A stretch of DNA of 64,000 nucleotides from an uncultured delta proteobacterium (GCA_963737905.1 CAVTUQ010000015.1:34290-98289); one strand, 5' to 3'. Counted from the stretch's first letter, positions 9,474 to 19,861 are shown. Notes: generated from the sequence alone by a model not told the origin. A program made the numbers and translations.

Positions 9474-11806
9474 GCGCGGAATTCTTAACCGTTGGACAAT
9501 CCGTGCCACCGATTTATGGCGTTGAAAAAGCGACCGGCCAATTGCGCTTTGCCGCCGACATCAACTTGCCGAACATGCTGTGGATGAAGATCCTCCGAAG
9601 TCCCCACGCCCACGCAAAAATTGTCGATGTGGACGCGACTGCCGCAGAAAAGATGCCGGGAGTGGCGGCTGTCATTACCCACAAGGACGTTCCCCATGTT
9701 CTCTTCGGCCCCTATCAAAATGAAATCTACCCGCTTGATGAAGAGATCCGTTTTGTGGGCGACACTGTGGCGGCTGTGGCGGCGAGAGATTGGAATGTCG
9801 CCGAAGAGGCCATCCGGGCGATCCGCGTCACCTACGAGGTCTTGCCTGCAGTCCATGATCCCGAATCCGCGTTGCAGTTGGGAGCGCCTGATGCGGTGCT
9901 CCACTATCCCGAAAGCCATGAGCTCAAGCCCGGCGACATCCGGCCCGATCAGCTTGGAACTTTCGGCAACGTCATCGGTCTGAAAGAAGGCGGGCCGACG
10001 GTAATAAACGCGCGCGGAGATGTGGAGCAGGGCTTCGCCGAGAGCGATGTTGTGATCGAAAGGTTCTTCCGCCAGTCGGAGGTCAATGCCGTCTCTCATG
10101 AGCCGCGTGCTTGCGTTGCGGTCTATGAAAACGGCGCCTGCACGCTCTGGTGTTCGGTGCAGGATCCTTATCGCCTCCAGGACAGTACAGCTCGGGTTCT
10201 GGGCTTGCCCATGGAGGCCGTTCGCGTCGTGTCAACGAATCTAGGCGGCGCTTTTGGTGTCAAAGTCACGGGACGGTTTGCTGTACTCTGCGCGCTAATG
10301 GCCCGCAAGACCGGGCTGCCGGTAAAGATCTGGTTCACGCGGGAAGAGGAGAGCCTTGACTCGCACAACCGTTCGGCGCTGACCCATTATGTCAAAGCAG
10401 GAGCTAAGAAGGATGGCTCGCTGGCGGCAATCAAGGTTCGAACTTTCCTTGACAACGGCTATTGGCCCTACGGCGGTTTGGGGCAAAATATCGCTTTTGC
10501 GATTAGCACACGGCCCATCGATCTCTATCACCGCTGTCCCAATGTGAAGTGGGAAGTCTTCGCCGTGCGGACCAACCGTCCCAGCACCGGACCCTACAGG
10601 GGTCGGGCCGACGCCGAGAGCCATTTTCCTATCGAGTCGGTGATAGACGAGCTGGCTCATGAGATCCGTTGGGACCCCATCGAATTTCGACTCAAGAACC
10701 GGATCCGCGAAGGGGACGATCTATGCTCCGCGCCAAATAAAATCATGTCCACGGTGTGGCTCGAAGAAGCCGCACGCGCCGGAGCCCAGAAGATCGGCTG
10801 GAACCGCCGGTCGTCTTTGGTTGCTTTAACTAAAGGCCCCCGCAAAAGGGGAATCGGCATGGCGATGGTGATTCACAGCTGCGGCAGCAATCCCGCCGGG
10901 ATCTCGGAGGCCGAAGTGACAATCGACGCCGCTGGGCGAATTTCTTTTTTCTCTGGAACCGCGGATCAGGGCTCGGAGCAGCAAACAACTCTCCGCCAGA
11001 TGGTCGCTGAAGTTCTCGGAGTTTCGCTCGACGACGTGGGTGGCGCCAACGCGGACACCTCAACCTGTCCGTTCGATTCCGGTCCTTTTTCCAGCAGGAC
11101 CGTTTACGCGACCGGCATTGCTGCCAGTCGAGCGGCGGAAGAGGTGAAGAAAAAGCTGCTAGACCAGGCGGCAGCTTTCTTGGAGGAGACAGCAACTGGC
11201 CTCGACATTGGAAAGAAGTTTGTCTGGGTGCGAACGAATGCGTCCACACGAGTCGATTTAAGTCAACTCGCGCGTCTCGCCGGCGGCTCCATCAGCGGCA
11301 AGGGAATTCATAACGCCAAGGAAGATCGGCTGTTCGCCTACGGCTTCGCAGCCGCCTTCGCGGAAGTCGAAGTCGATGTCGAAACGGGCGAGGTCAAGAT
11401 CCTCAGACTGGTGTCATCCCACGACGTGGGTCGCGCTATTAATCCGATGATCGTCGAAGGCCAAATCCTTGGCGGCGCTGCGCAAGGTCTCGGGTATGCT
11501 CTAAGCGAAGGGTTCTATTTCGACCAGAGAACCGGCACGGCGCTCAATCAATGGTTTCTCGATTTGCACACGCCGTCGATCCTCGATCTACCCGATATCG
11601 AACCGGTGATGGTTGAGTTGGGCGAGCCGACGCACCCGTTCGGAGCCAAAGGATGTTCGGAGATCTCCTACATTGGCGTCGCTCCCGCGATCGCCAACGC
11701 GATCTACAACGCCACCGGAGCCCGCGTGACCGAGCTGCCAATGACTCCCGATGTAATTCTTAGGGCGCTACACGGCGCGCAGAGGAACGGGCTTGGTCAA
11801 CTTTAA
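9470..11806 (+). CDS. Xanthine dehydrogenase-family molybdopterin-binding subunit
   Basis: RSPHAHA, GGAFG, DVGRAINP..EGQ and GAKGCSE; ATGA overlap with the upstream stop. Confidence 0.92.
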   Translation: MSAEFLTVGQSVPPIYGVEKATGQLRFAADINLPNMLWMKILRSPHAHAKIVDVDATAAEKMPGVAAVITHKDVPHVLFGPYQNEIYPLDEEIRFVGDTVAAVAARDWNVAEEAIRAIRVTYEVLPAVHDPESALQLGAPDAVLHYPESHELKPGDIRPDQLGTFGNVIGLKEGGPTVINARGDVEQGFAESDVVIERFFRQSEVNAVSHEPRACVAVYENGACTLWCSVQDPYRLQDSTARVLGLPMEAVRVVSTNLGGAFGVKVTGRFAVLCALMARKTGLPVKIWFTREEESLDSHNRSALTHYVKAGAKKDGSLAAIKVRTFLDNGYWPYGGLGQNIAFAISTRPIDLYHRCPNVKWEVFAVRTNRPSTGPYRGRADAESHFPIESVIDELAHEIRWDPIEFRLKNRIREGDDLCSAPNKIMSTVWLEEAARAGAQKIGWNRRSSLVALTKGPRKRGIGMAMVIHSCGSNPAGISEAEVTIDAAGRISFFSGTADQGSEQQTTLRQMVAEVLGVSLDDVGGANADTSTCPFDSGPFSSRTVYATGIAASRAAEEVKKKLLDQAAAFLEETATGLDIGKKFVWVRTNASTRVDLSQLARLAGGSISGKGIHNAKEDRLFAYGFAAAFAEVEVDVETGEVKILRLVSSHDVGRAINPMIVEGQILGGAAQGLGYALSEGFYFDQRTGTALNQWFLDLHTPSILDLPDIEPVMVELGEPTHPFGAKGCSEISYIGVAPAIANAIYNATGARVTELPMTPDVILRALHGAQRNGLGQL

Positions 11807-12773
11807 ACACATCGATGCTTCGTCGACGGAGCATGCCTTGTCGCTCCTGGCGGAATACGGGGAAGGGGCGCGGGTGTTAGCCGGCGGGCAGGATCTCCTG
11901 TTTCGCATCAAGAAATATATCGTAAAGCCGGAGTGTGTGGTGAATATAAAGAGCATTCCGGGATTGAGTTACGTCCGCTCCAGGCCGCAGGAGAATCTCA
12001 AAATCGGGGCCCTCACAACGCTGTCGCAGATCGCTCATTCATCAGAGTTGCAGCAGCATTACTGTGTCTTGGCTCAGGCGGCGGGTGTAGTCGCTTCACC
12101 GCAGATCCGCAATATGGGTACCTTGGCTGGAAACATCTGTCAGGATGTCTGGTGTTGGTATCTGCAGGACGGATTTTCCTGTTGGAAATCAGGTGGCAAG
12201 TTTTGTGATCTGGCGGGCGGCGACAGCCGTTATTACGGCAGTGTGATGGGCGGCCACCTTTGCCTCTCCAATCATCCGTCGGATACGGCCGTTGCGTTGG
12301 CAGCTCTGGATGCTCGTATCCACATAGCCTCGCCGCGTGGAAAACAGACAAGCGCGATCACTGATTTTCTACCCGGCCACACCTGGGTCGGCGGGCGGCT
12401 GCAGTCCCATGTTCTCCGAGCCGATGAGATCGTGACGGCAATCGAAATCCCATTTCGGCCGACGCACAGCGCTTACGTCAAATTCGCCCTGAGAAAGTCC
12501 TGGGATTTTGCCATTGCCAGCGCGGCGGTGAGCGCGGTGATTCAGGACGGCGTCTGGAACGACGTGAGAATAGTATTGGGCGGTATTGCGACGTTCCCCT
12601 ATAGAAGCCGAGAAGCTGAAGATTTGCTGCGGACCAAGTCAATCAGCGAATCCGTGGCGGCCGAATCCGCCGAAGCCGCTCTACAATCAGCGAAGCCGCT
12701 CAAAATGAACGGCTATAAGGTCGAGTTGAGCAAAACCCTTGTGCGACGCGCCCTGTTGTCGCTGGCCGGTTAA
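11793..12773 (+). CDS. Xanthine dehydrogenase-family FAD subunit with PaoB/HcrB-type 4-Cys insertion
   Basis: LAGGQDL and QIRNMGTLAGN; insertion CWY..C..C..CLSNHPSD. Confidence 0.9.
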   Translation: MVNFKHIDASSTEHALSLLAEYGEGARVLAGGQDLLFRIKKYIVKPECVVNIKSIPGLSYVRSRPQENLKIGALTTLSQIAHSSELQQHYCVLAQAAGVVASPQIRNMGTLAGNICQDVWCWYLQDGFSCWKSGGKFCDLAGGDSRYYGSVMGGHLCLSNHPSDTAVALAALDARIHIASPRGKQTSAITDFLPGHTWVGGRLQSHVLRADEIVTAIEIPFRPTHSAYVKFALRKSWDFAIASAAVSAVIQDGVWNDVRIVLGGIATFPYRSREAEDLLRTKSISESVAAESAEAALQSAKPLKMNGYKVELSKTLVRRALLSLAG

Positions 12774-12804
12774 GAAAAAGATGCAAACTGATCAGATTCC
12801 GGCG

Positions 12805-12840
12805 TTTGGAACGGTTTGAACTTTTTGAACGATTGGAACC
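12805..12840. repeat. 9-bp period tandem repeat (nTT[TG]GAACn x4)
   Basis: tttggaacg gtttgaact ttttgaacg attggaacc, intergenic. Confidence 0.7.
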
Positions 12841-12869
12841 AGTAATAGAGGACCTATTGGAGTTGATGA

Positions 12870-14339
12870 ATGCCAGCAAAAGACCTGCGCGAATGGATTG
12901 ACGACCTAGAGGAAAGAAACGACTTAAAGCGCATCACGGCGGAAGTGCATTGGGACGAAGAGATCGGCGCGATCACGAGAGAGATATCGAGCCAGTTTGG
13001 GCCGGCATTGATGTTCGAGAACATCAAAGAGCATCGCCAGACCTTGTGCCGCCGGTTATTCACGAACGGCACAGGGACTAGAGAGCGAGTGTGTCGCCTG
13101 GTCGGCGTTTCTGAGAAGACTTCCTATCGCGAGCTGGTGTCCATCTTCAAAGATCGCTTCTCGAAACCGGTTAAGCCCCTCACCGTGGGCAGCGGTCCCG
13201 TTAAAGAGAATATCGTCAAAGACGATGCGGTGGATCTATTTCAATTTCCGGTTCCCAAGTGGAATCCCCACGACGGCGGCCGTTTCATCATGACCTCCGC
13301 GAGCATCGTTACCAGGGATCCCGACACGGGTATCCTCAACGCTGGGACCTACCGGGGCATGATCGCCAAGAAAAACACCATCGGCGTGTTACTCGCGATG
13401 ACCCAGGGATGGGGCAAGCACTTCAGTAAGTATAAAAATCGCGGCCAGGAGATGCCGGTGGCCGTCGTCATCGGCTGGGACCAGACGTTGTTCGTGGCGG
13501 CTTCCACGCCGGTCAATCATCCCGAATACGAATTGGCCGGCTCTCTCAGAGGCGCGCCGGTGGAGCTGGTCAAGTGTGAAACCAGCGATCTGTTGGTTCC
13601 CGCGTCAGCAGAGATCGTTCTTGAAGGATTCGTTTCTCCCGACCCGAAGACCTTCGAGCCGGAAGGCCCATTCAGCGAGTATCCCGGCTACTACGCCGGA
13701 CGCAAGACGCCGAAGCACGCCATTCGGGTCGAGTGCATTACGCATCGCAATGATCCGATCTTTCATGGCTGTCTCACGGGCTCCAGCCCTGGGAGAACCA
13801 ATGAAGGTACGACCTGGACGCCGGCTACCTTTTCTGCGATGGCTTGGCAGTACCTGGAAGAAGCGGGGGTGCCGAATATCACCGGTGTTTGGCGCGGCAA
13901 ATGGCCAGAGCTGCTGCGCATCCAGATTCGTAAAAGCCATCGCGGCCACGCGCAGCAAGTAGCGTCGGCGCTGTGGGGATGCCATCTCGCCAATTACGCG
14001 GGCAAGCATCTTATCGTCGTCGACGACGATATTGATATCCACGATTGGGAAGCCATCGAGTGGGCACTCTGCTACCGGGTAAACGCCGGGCTCGGCGATA
14101 TCACGACGTTCCCGGGAACCTCGGGGTCGATGCTCGACCCCAGCGTGCCGTCAGAGGAGAGGGATTCGGTCAAATACGGCCACGGTAAATGGACCCGGGT
14201 GTTGATCGACGCCACGATTAATTGGGAGCTTGAACCGCAGGAGCAATACGGCGGCAACCGTTATCCTCCGTTGGGCACCGCGATTTCGCCGGAGATGACG
14301 GAGACCTTGAAGCGCAGGTGGAAAGAATACGGTTTCTGA
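12870..14339 (+). CDS. UbiD-family decarboxylase (canonical R/E/E)
   Basis: DLREWI, HDGGRF, NAGTYR, EGPFSEYPGY, VVDDDID. Confidence 0.93.
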   Translation: MPAKDLREWIDDLEERNDLKRITAEVHWDEEIGAITREISSQFGPALMFENIKEHRQTLCRRLFTNGTGTRERVCRLVGVSEKTSYRELVSIFKDRFSKPVKPLTVGSGPVKENIVKDDAVDLFQFPVPKWNPHDGGRFIMTSASIVTRDPDTGILNAGTYRGMIAKKNTIGVLLAMTQGWGKHFSKYKNRGQEMPVAVVIGWDQTLFVAASTPVNHPEYELAGSLRGAPVELVKCETSDLLVPASAEIVLEGFVSPDPKTFEPEGPFSEYPGYYAGRKTPKHAIRVECITHRNDPIFHGCLTGSSPGRTNEGTTWTPATFSAMAWQYLEEAGVPNITGVWRGKWPELLRIQIRKSHRGHAQQVASALWGCHLANYAGKHLIVVDDDIDIHDWEAIEWALCYRVNAGLGDITTFPGTSGSMLDPSVPSEERDSVKYGHGKWTRVLIDATINWELEPQEQYGGNRYPPLGTAISPEMTETLKRRWKEYGF

Positions 14340-14362
14340 GGCGAGTGAGGCGAGGAAAAATC

Positions 14363-14771
14363 ATGGCGAAGCCGGCGTTCAAAGCGAAGACACGATCCTA
14401 CTTTCGCGATCTCAGAGACTTTATTTCTCTTTTGGAGGAGACCGGGAATCTTCACCGTATCTCCGCAAGGATCGAGAAAAAAGGACATGCCTTTGGTCAG
14501 GTGGCAATACCAAGGTCTGCCGGATAGCCAGAGAAAAACGTTTCTCTTCGAGAGCGTAACCGATCCCCAAGGAAAGAATTACGAGTGCCGCGTTGCAGTT
14601 GGGGTGCTCGGCGCTTCACGCGGGATCTACAAGATGGCCCTTGGCTTGGAAGAAGACAGCGGGCCGGGTGACGTGGCGGAGCGTTGGAATCGAGCCCTGA
14701 GCCATCCTATCGCATCCCGCATTGTGAAGACCGGGCCGGTCAAAGAGGTTATGCTCAAAGGGCGAGAATAG
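14363..14771 (+). pseudogene. Truncated UbiD N-terminal fragment
   Basis: YFRDLRDFI, then a frameshift at the A6 run near 14480, then MPLVRWQYQGLPD..FLFE; matches the N-termini of UbiD1/2; stops after about 135 codons. Confidence 0.85.
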
Positions 14772-14815
14772 GGGCGAGAGACAAAACGGCTGAGATCGAT
14801 AGAAGGAGATGAAAA

Positions 14816-15961
14816 ATGGATCTTAATGTGAGACGTGTCGGGATCGCGGTTGCCAGGGCTAAGACCTATTACGAACGCTGGATGGAGAAGGAAGGCATTC
14901 CGATCGTCGAGGGTTTCGGTGTAACTGACGTGCGACGGATCTCCTTACGGCCTTGGGGCCGGCTTGGCTGTGAAGGGGCTTATATTCAGCTCCGAGGTTT
15001 AGAGGGTATCACCGGGGTTTACCTCGGTAGAGTAGCGCCCGGGACGATGACCGAACCCGAGAAGCATCTGTACGAAAAAGTCATTTACATCATTCAAGGT
15101 GACGGCGTTGCAGAATTTCAGCAGCGCGGTCGCGTACCGCAGTCGATTAAGTGGAAGACCGGGAGTCTTTTTTCTCCGCCTTTAAACAGTACGCATCGCC
15201 TTATCAACTACTCCCAAAGCCCCGCCCTTTTTGTCGCGGTGACGACGGCGCCGATGGTCTTGGACCATTTTCACAACGAACACTTTGTCTTCAATAGCGA
15301 TTTTGCATTCTCCGATCGCTATGACGGTGAAGGCGATTATTTCAACGTTGGGGATCACCGCTATCTTGCGGCCAATAACCGGCAATGGGTCTGGGAGACC
15401 AATTTCATTCCCGACGCTCGCAACGCCGCCATCGACGCGCAGGAACAAAAGGGGGAAGGGGTCAACCTTACGCAATTCGAAATTGCCGATAATACTCTGA
15501 TCGGCCATCTGGCTGAATGGCCGGTGGGGCGCTATCACAAAGCGCATTACCACGGTGGCGGGGCAGTCCTCGTGATCCTGCGTTCGGAAGGCTACTCGCT
15601 CATGTGGCCCAACGAATGGGGAACTCGACCCTACGAAAGCGGCTACGGCGATCGCGTCGTGAAAATCGATTGGGCCGCCGGGAGCGTGTTCAGCCCGCCG
15701 ACGAATTGGTTTCACCAACATTTCAATACGGGCTCTGAACCGGCGCTGCAGTTGGCGCTTCGCTGCGGTAGTCAGAAATTTCCGTTAGGAATCCGAGTTG
15801 CGGCGATTCGAGCGGGCGTATATACCTCAGTCAAACAAGGCGGAACCCTCATCGAGTACGCAGACGAAGACCCGGAAATTCGGCGTGCCTATCAGGCCGA
15901 GCTCGCAAACAAAGGCATCGAACCGGATATGAATTATGCGGCGGCAGCGAACGACGACTGA
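14816..15961 (+). CDS. Bicupin, paralog of 2799..3914
   Basis: KHLYEKVIY, HKAHYHGGGA, WFHQHFN, IEYADEDP. Confidence 0.8.
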   Translation: MDLNVRRVGIAVARAKTYYERWMEKEGIPIVEGFGVTDVRRISLRPWGRLGCEGAYIQLRGLEGITGVYLGRVAPGTMTEPEKHLYEKVIYIIQGDGVAEFQQRGRVPQSIKWKTGSLFSPPLNSTHRLINYSQSPALFVAVTTAPMVLDHFHNEHFVFNSDFAFSDRYDGEGDYFNVGDHRYLAANNRQWVWETNFIPDARNAAIDAQEQKGEGVNLTQFEIADNTLIGHLAEWPVGRYHKAHYHGGGAVLVILRSEGYSLMWPNEWGTRPYESGYGDRVVKIDWAAGSVFSPPTNWFHQHFNTGSEPALQLALRCGSQKFPLGIRVAAIRAGVYTSVKQGGTLIEYADEDPEIRRAYQAELANKGIEPDMNYAAAANDD

Positions 15962-16005
15962 GAGATCGCCTTTGCCGTGTATCGCCCAGGAGTTGAGGTC
16001 GAGAA

Positions 16006-17754
16006 ATGAGCGAAAAGTCGCAAATCATGGATCAGACCGTAACCTTTGACAGAAGCGTGCTACCGTCGGTGCGTTATTTCCGGCTGCCGTCGCTGCCGAT
16101 GAGCCTCCTCCTGCTGGTCGTCGGGTTTCTTGTGCTGACGCCGCTAGTCTTGATGATCCTCAATAGTTTTCAAATCGCCCGCCCCGGACAGCCTATCGTT
16201 TGGGGTTTGGAAGGATGGGTCAAAGCCTTCAGCACTCCGGGTATCCTAAAGGCAATAACCAATACCTTTACATTAGCGATTGCAAGACAGGTGATCGCGC
16301 TTTTTATCGGCTCCTTCTTCGCCTGGCTCATCGCTCGGACCGACCTGCCGATGAAAGGATTCTTAGAATTTTTCTTTTGGTTATCTTTCTTTCTGCCGGC
16401 ATTGCCGGAGACCATGGGTTGGATCCTTCTACTCGACCCGAAATATGGGCTGCTCAATCAAGGATTGATTGGGCTTGGGGTGGTGAGTCAACCGTTGTTC
16501 AATATCTACTCATTCTGGGGCATTGTCTGGGCGCATCTGGGCGGTACGGTGAGTATCAAAGTCATGTTGCTTGCGCCGGCCTTTCGTAATCTCGACGCGG
16601 CGCTGGAGGAATCCTCCCGTATTTCAGGTGCGAGTGGTTGGCATACTTTCTTTCATATCCTTATTCCGGTGATGATGCCGGCGATACTCGTGACTACGAT
16701 TCTCGGCATCATTCGTGCCCTCGAGTCCTTCGAGATCGAACTTTTGCTTGGCACGCCTATCGGTCTTCAAGTCTATTCTACAAAGATCCATGAACTCGTT
16801 ACCTGGGAACCGCCGCAATTTGCGCCCGCCATGGCGTTAAGTACGGTTTTCCTCGGGCTTCTACTGGTGATGGTCGCGTTTCAACGCCATTATATTGCCA
16901 ACCGAATCTACACCACGATCACGGGACGAGGTTTTAGTATCCGGCGCACGCAGTTAGGCCGTTGGCGCTATCCGGCGTTTGCCTTGGTCTTATCGTTTGC
17001 GCTGGTGATCACGGTGCTCCCAACCATCCTGCTTGTCACCGGCACGTTCATGAAACTATTTGGCTTCTTCAATATTGCCGAGCCATGGACGCTCGACAAT
17101 TGGCGGGCGACATTGAACGATCCAGTGTTGTTGCGCTCCCTGTGGAACACGGTGGCCATCGGTCTTGGCTCCGGAGTTATCGGCGTGCTTTTCTTTTCTG
17201 CCATTGCGTACGTTATCGTGAAGACTCGCTATCGCGGTCGCTGGCTGCTCGATTTCCTGTCGTGGCTTCCGTGGTCAATCCCCGGAATTCTTCTGGGTAT
17301 GGCGCTACTGTGGACCTTTTTGCAGACCAAAATTTTTCTTCCGATATACGGCACGATCTATCTATTGATGGTCGCCATGGTGATAAAGAGTATGCCCTTC
17401 GGTACCCAGATGATCAAAAGTGTGCTGATGCAACTCGGCAATGATCTTGAGGAAGCGTCGAAGGTCTGCGGTGGAACTTGGGTCGATACCTTCAGGCGGG
17501 TCATTTTCCCATTGACCATGCCCGCGCTCATCACCGTCGCTCTGGTCGGCTTTATTTCGGCGGCGAGGGACATCAGTACGGTGGTCCTGCTGGGTTCGGG
17601 AAAATCGCGGACGTTGTCTCTGTTGATGTTGGATTTCGCCGCCGGTGCGGAATTCGAAAAAGCCACTGTTGTCGCGGTTATGGTAGTGGGATTGGTCGTT
17701 ATCGCAGCACTCGTCGCTCGCGCGCTCGGCGGACAAGTGGGCGTGAGAGAGTGA
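16006..17754 (+). CDS. ABC transporter permease, fused double domain (FbpB/ThiP-like)
   Basis: Many TM helices; two EAA loops (LEESSRISGAS, LEEASKVCGGT). Confidence 0.9.
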   Translation: MSEKSQIMDQTVTFDRSVLPSVRYFRLPSLPMSLLLLVVGFLVLTPLVLMILNSFQIARPGQPIVWGLEGWVKAFSTPGILKAITNTFTLAIARQVIALFIGSFFAWLIARTDLPMKGFLEFFFWLSFFLPALPETMGWILLLDPKYGLLNQGLIGLGVVSQPLFNIYSFWGIVWAHLGGTVSIKVMLLAPAFRNLDAALEESSRISGASGWHTFFHILIPVMMPAILVTTILGIIRALESFEIELLLGTPIGLQVYSTKIHELVTWEPPQFAPAMALSTVFLGLLLVMVAFQRHYIANRIYTTITGRGFSIRRTQLGRWRYPAFALVLSFALVITVLPTILLVTGTFMKLFGFFNIAEPWTLDNWRATLNDPVLLRSLWNTVAIGLGSGVIGVLFFSAIAYVIVKTRYRGRWLLDFLSWLPWSIPGILLGMALLWTFLQTKIFLPIYGTIYLLMVAMVIKSMPFGTQMIKSVLMQLGNDLEEASKVCGGTWVDTFRRVIFPLTMPALITVALVGFISAARDISTVVLLGSGKSRTLSLLMLDFAAGAEFEKATVVAVMVVGLVVIAALVARALGGQVGVRE

Positions 17755-17833
17755 GAGATTAAGAAGGAAGGCGTCGCGTTTCGCATGAAACCTAGCGTAC
17801 GGACCACCGAAAGCGCCAAGGAAGGATGACCGC

Positions 17834-18817
17834 ATGCTTGAGAGAGACGAGTATGGCTATGTGCTAAAGATAGTTTCTAATTTTCCGTACCACCCATGGT
17901 GGCGCTTGACGTCGCAATTGGTGGAAGGATTTCGCGACAAGAAGAAGACCGGTCTGGTCTCTTCCGTGGGAGTCTACTCGCCGAAATTTGGCCTCGGCTC
18001 ATTTGAGAATCCCAAAATGATCGGCAGAGGAGAAGTGGACGCCGGGATCATCAACCCTCCGGTAACAGCGAAAATGGCGATGGAGGGAAGGGGGCCCTAT
18101 AAAGAGCGAGTCGGCGAGCTCAGGGCTATCGCCCGTTTTCCCGAGCCCGATTATATCTTCTGGCTCGTTGCGGAAGACCTCGGCGTCGACTCTTTCGAAG
18201 ATCTTGCGAAGCGAAAGCCGCCATTAACCCTGGTCTCCGGCAGGATCGGTCCCACCGGCCCCGATACGCTCACCTGGACGGTGGAGCAAGTAATGAAACA
18301 GTACGGTTTCAGTTACCAGGACATAGAATCATGGGGAGGAAAAGTCTTGTTTCCCGGTCCCGCCGTTGTGGGAGTTCCGCTGGTGCGCAATGGTCAAGCG
18401 AACGCCATTTTTCAGGAGGGCCAGCATCATCCCATGTGGGAGCAGTTGGCTGAGGTGCGGCCACTGCGCTGTCTGCCCGTGAGCCGAAGAGTGGTCGATT
18501 ATATGAAAGAAACCTACGGCTTCAGCGAGGCGGTCATCGCCAAGGGCCGGCTAAAGGGAGTTGACGAGGATCTTCTCACCCTTGACTATGGAGGGTGGCT
18601 GCTCACTTGCCGTGAAGATCTTCCTGAAGATGTTGCGTATCTGTTGGCGAGGGTGTGCGCTGATCAGAGAGATGCTGTCGCCGCGCCGTATAAGGATCAG
18701 CCCAAGCATCTGCAGAGTTTCGAGATACCGATCACGACAGAGCACCTGTGCACCCAATGTGTGATTCCGTTGCATAAAGGCGCTGAAAAATATTATCGAG
18801 AGATCGGTTCTCTGTAA
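17834..18817 (+). CDS. TAXI-family binding-protein homolog, no signal peptide
   Basis: LRAIARF, REDLPEDVAY and C-terminal PLHKGAEKYYRE. Confidence 0.75.
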   Translation: MLERDEYGYVLKIVSNFPYHPWWRLTSQLVEGFRDKKKTGLVSSVGVYSPKFGLGSFENPKMIGRGEVDAGIINPPVTAKMAMEGRGPYKERVGELRAIARFPEPDYIFWLVAEDLGVDSFEDLAKRKPPLTLVSGRIGPTGPDTLTWTVEQVMKQYGFSYQDIESWGGKVLFPGPAVVGVPLVRNGQANAIFQEGQHHPMWEQLAEVRPLRCLPVSRRVVDYMKETYGFSEAVIAKGRLKGVDEDLLTLDYGGWLLTCREDLPEDVAYLLARVCADQRDAVAAPYKDQPKHLQSFEIPITTEHLCTQCVIPLHKGAEKYYREIGSL

Positions 18818-18841
18818 ATTGTCGATACGAAAGATAATTTC

Positions 18842-19861
18842 ATGACCGTCAAGAGATACAACTCGGGGATCCAGCGCGCCAAGGGCTTGTTGGAATTGGC
18901 CTCTGCTTTATACGACAGCTCACTCTCGTCGGAATCGTGGAAAGCTGCGGAGGGTGTTCTCCAAACCGATTCGGGCCTGGGTAACGCGCTCAGACTCTCG
19001 CTGACCGCCAAGTCAAACGACAAAAACGGACTTTCCCTCTCTTTCACTACCGGCAGCTTTCGCGAGATCAAAGCGGTGGCCGAAGGCAAAATTTCTCTCG
19101 CTTGGGTCAATCCTTCGGTGCTGTTAACGATGGCGTACCGCGGTAAAGGTCCGTTTCGCAAACGGCTTCCCTTGCGAACGCTCGCGGTATTTCCCTCTTA
19201 CGATGTGATGGGCTTTGCCATCCATGAATCCACTCGGATCAGTTCCTTTTTGCAGATCAAAAAAGAGCGCTTTCCGCTCAAGCTTTCGACCCGGCTGGTG
19301 ACCCCAAGCGCCCTTAGGGAAAACTCCACGATGTTTACCGTGGCGGCTGTGATGAAGGCCGCCGGGTTTACGTTTGCAGATCTTCGCAAGTGGGGAGGAA
19401 AAATTCATTTAGCATCCAGGCCCAGTGATCCAGCGCGGCGGGAAAGCATCGAGAATGGCACGGTCAATGCGATCTTTGATGAGGGGATCAAGAGCTGGTC
19501 CCGGACTGCGCTGGAAAATGGGTTTCGTTTCCTGCCGATTGAGGGAGCGATGCTTAACAGATTGGTTGCGATGGGCTATCGCCCAGCAGACATGTCCAAG
19601 TCCCGGTTCCCCGGGATGGTGAAAGATATCACGACCCTCGACTTCAGCGGCTGGCCCATGATCGTGCGCAGAGACATGCCGGATGATTCGGCTTATGCGA
19701 TTTGCGAAGCGATCGAAAAGCGCAAAGAGGTGATCCCCACCGATAACTACAAGCCGCTTGAAGTGGCGGAGCTGTGCGCCAATGACGAAGAAGCGCCTTA
19801 CGATGTACCCCTCCATCCGGGCGCCGCGCGGTTTTACCGCGAGAGAGGCTACCTCAAATAG
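18842..19861 (+). CDS. TAXI-family binding-protein homolog, no signal peptide
   Basis: LRTLAVFP, RRDMPDDSAY and PLHPGAARFYRERG. Confidence 0.78.
   Translation: MTVKRYNSGIQRAKGLLELASALYDSSLSSESWKAAEGVLQTDSGLGNALRLSLTAKSNDKNGLSLSFTTGSFREIKAVAEGKISLAWVNPSVLLTMAYRGKGPFRKRLPLRTLAVFPSYDVMGFAIHESTRISSFLQIKKERFPLKLSTRLVTPSALRENSTMFTVAAVMKAAGFTFADLRKWGGKIHLASRPSDPARRESIENGTVNAIFDEGIKSWSRTALENGFRFLPIEGAMLNRLVAMGYRPADMSKSRFPGMVKDITTLDFSGWPMIVRRDMPDDSAYAICEAIEKRKEVIPTDNYKPLEVAELCANDEEAPYDVPLHPGAARFYRERGYLK

Noticed and set aside
14470-14490. Programmed frameshift at the A6 run in the truncated UbiD
   Set aside because: The product would still be truncated, and the +1 pattern matches the other probable sequencing errors.
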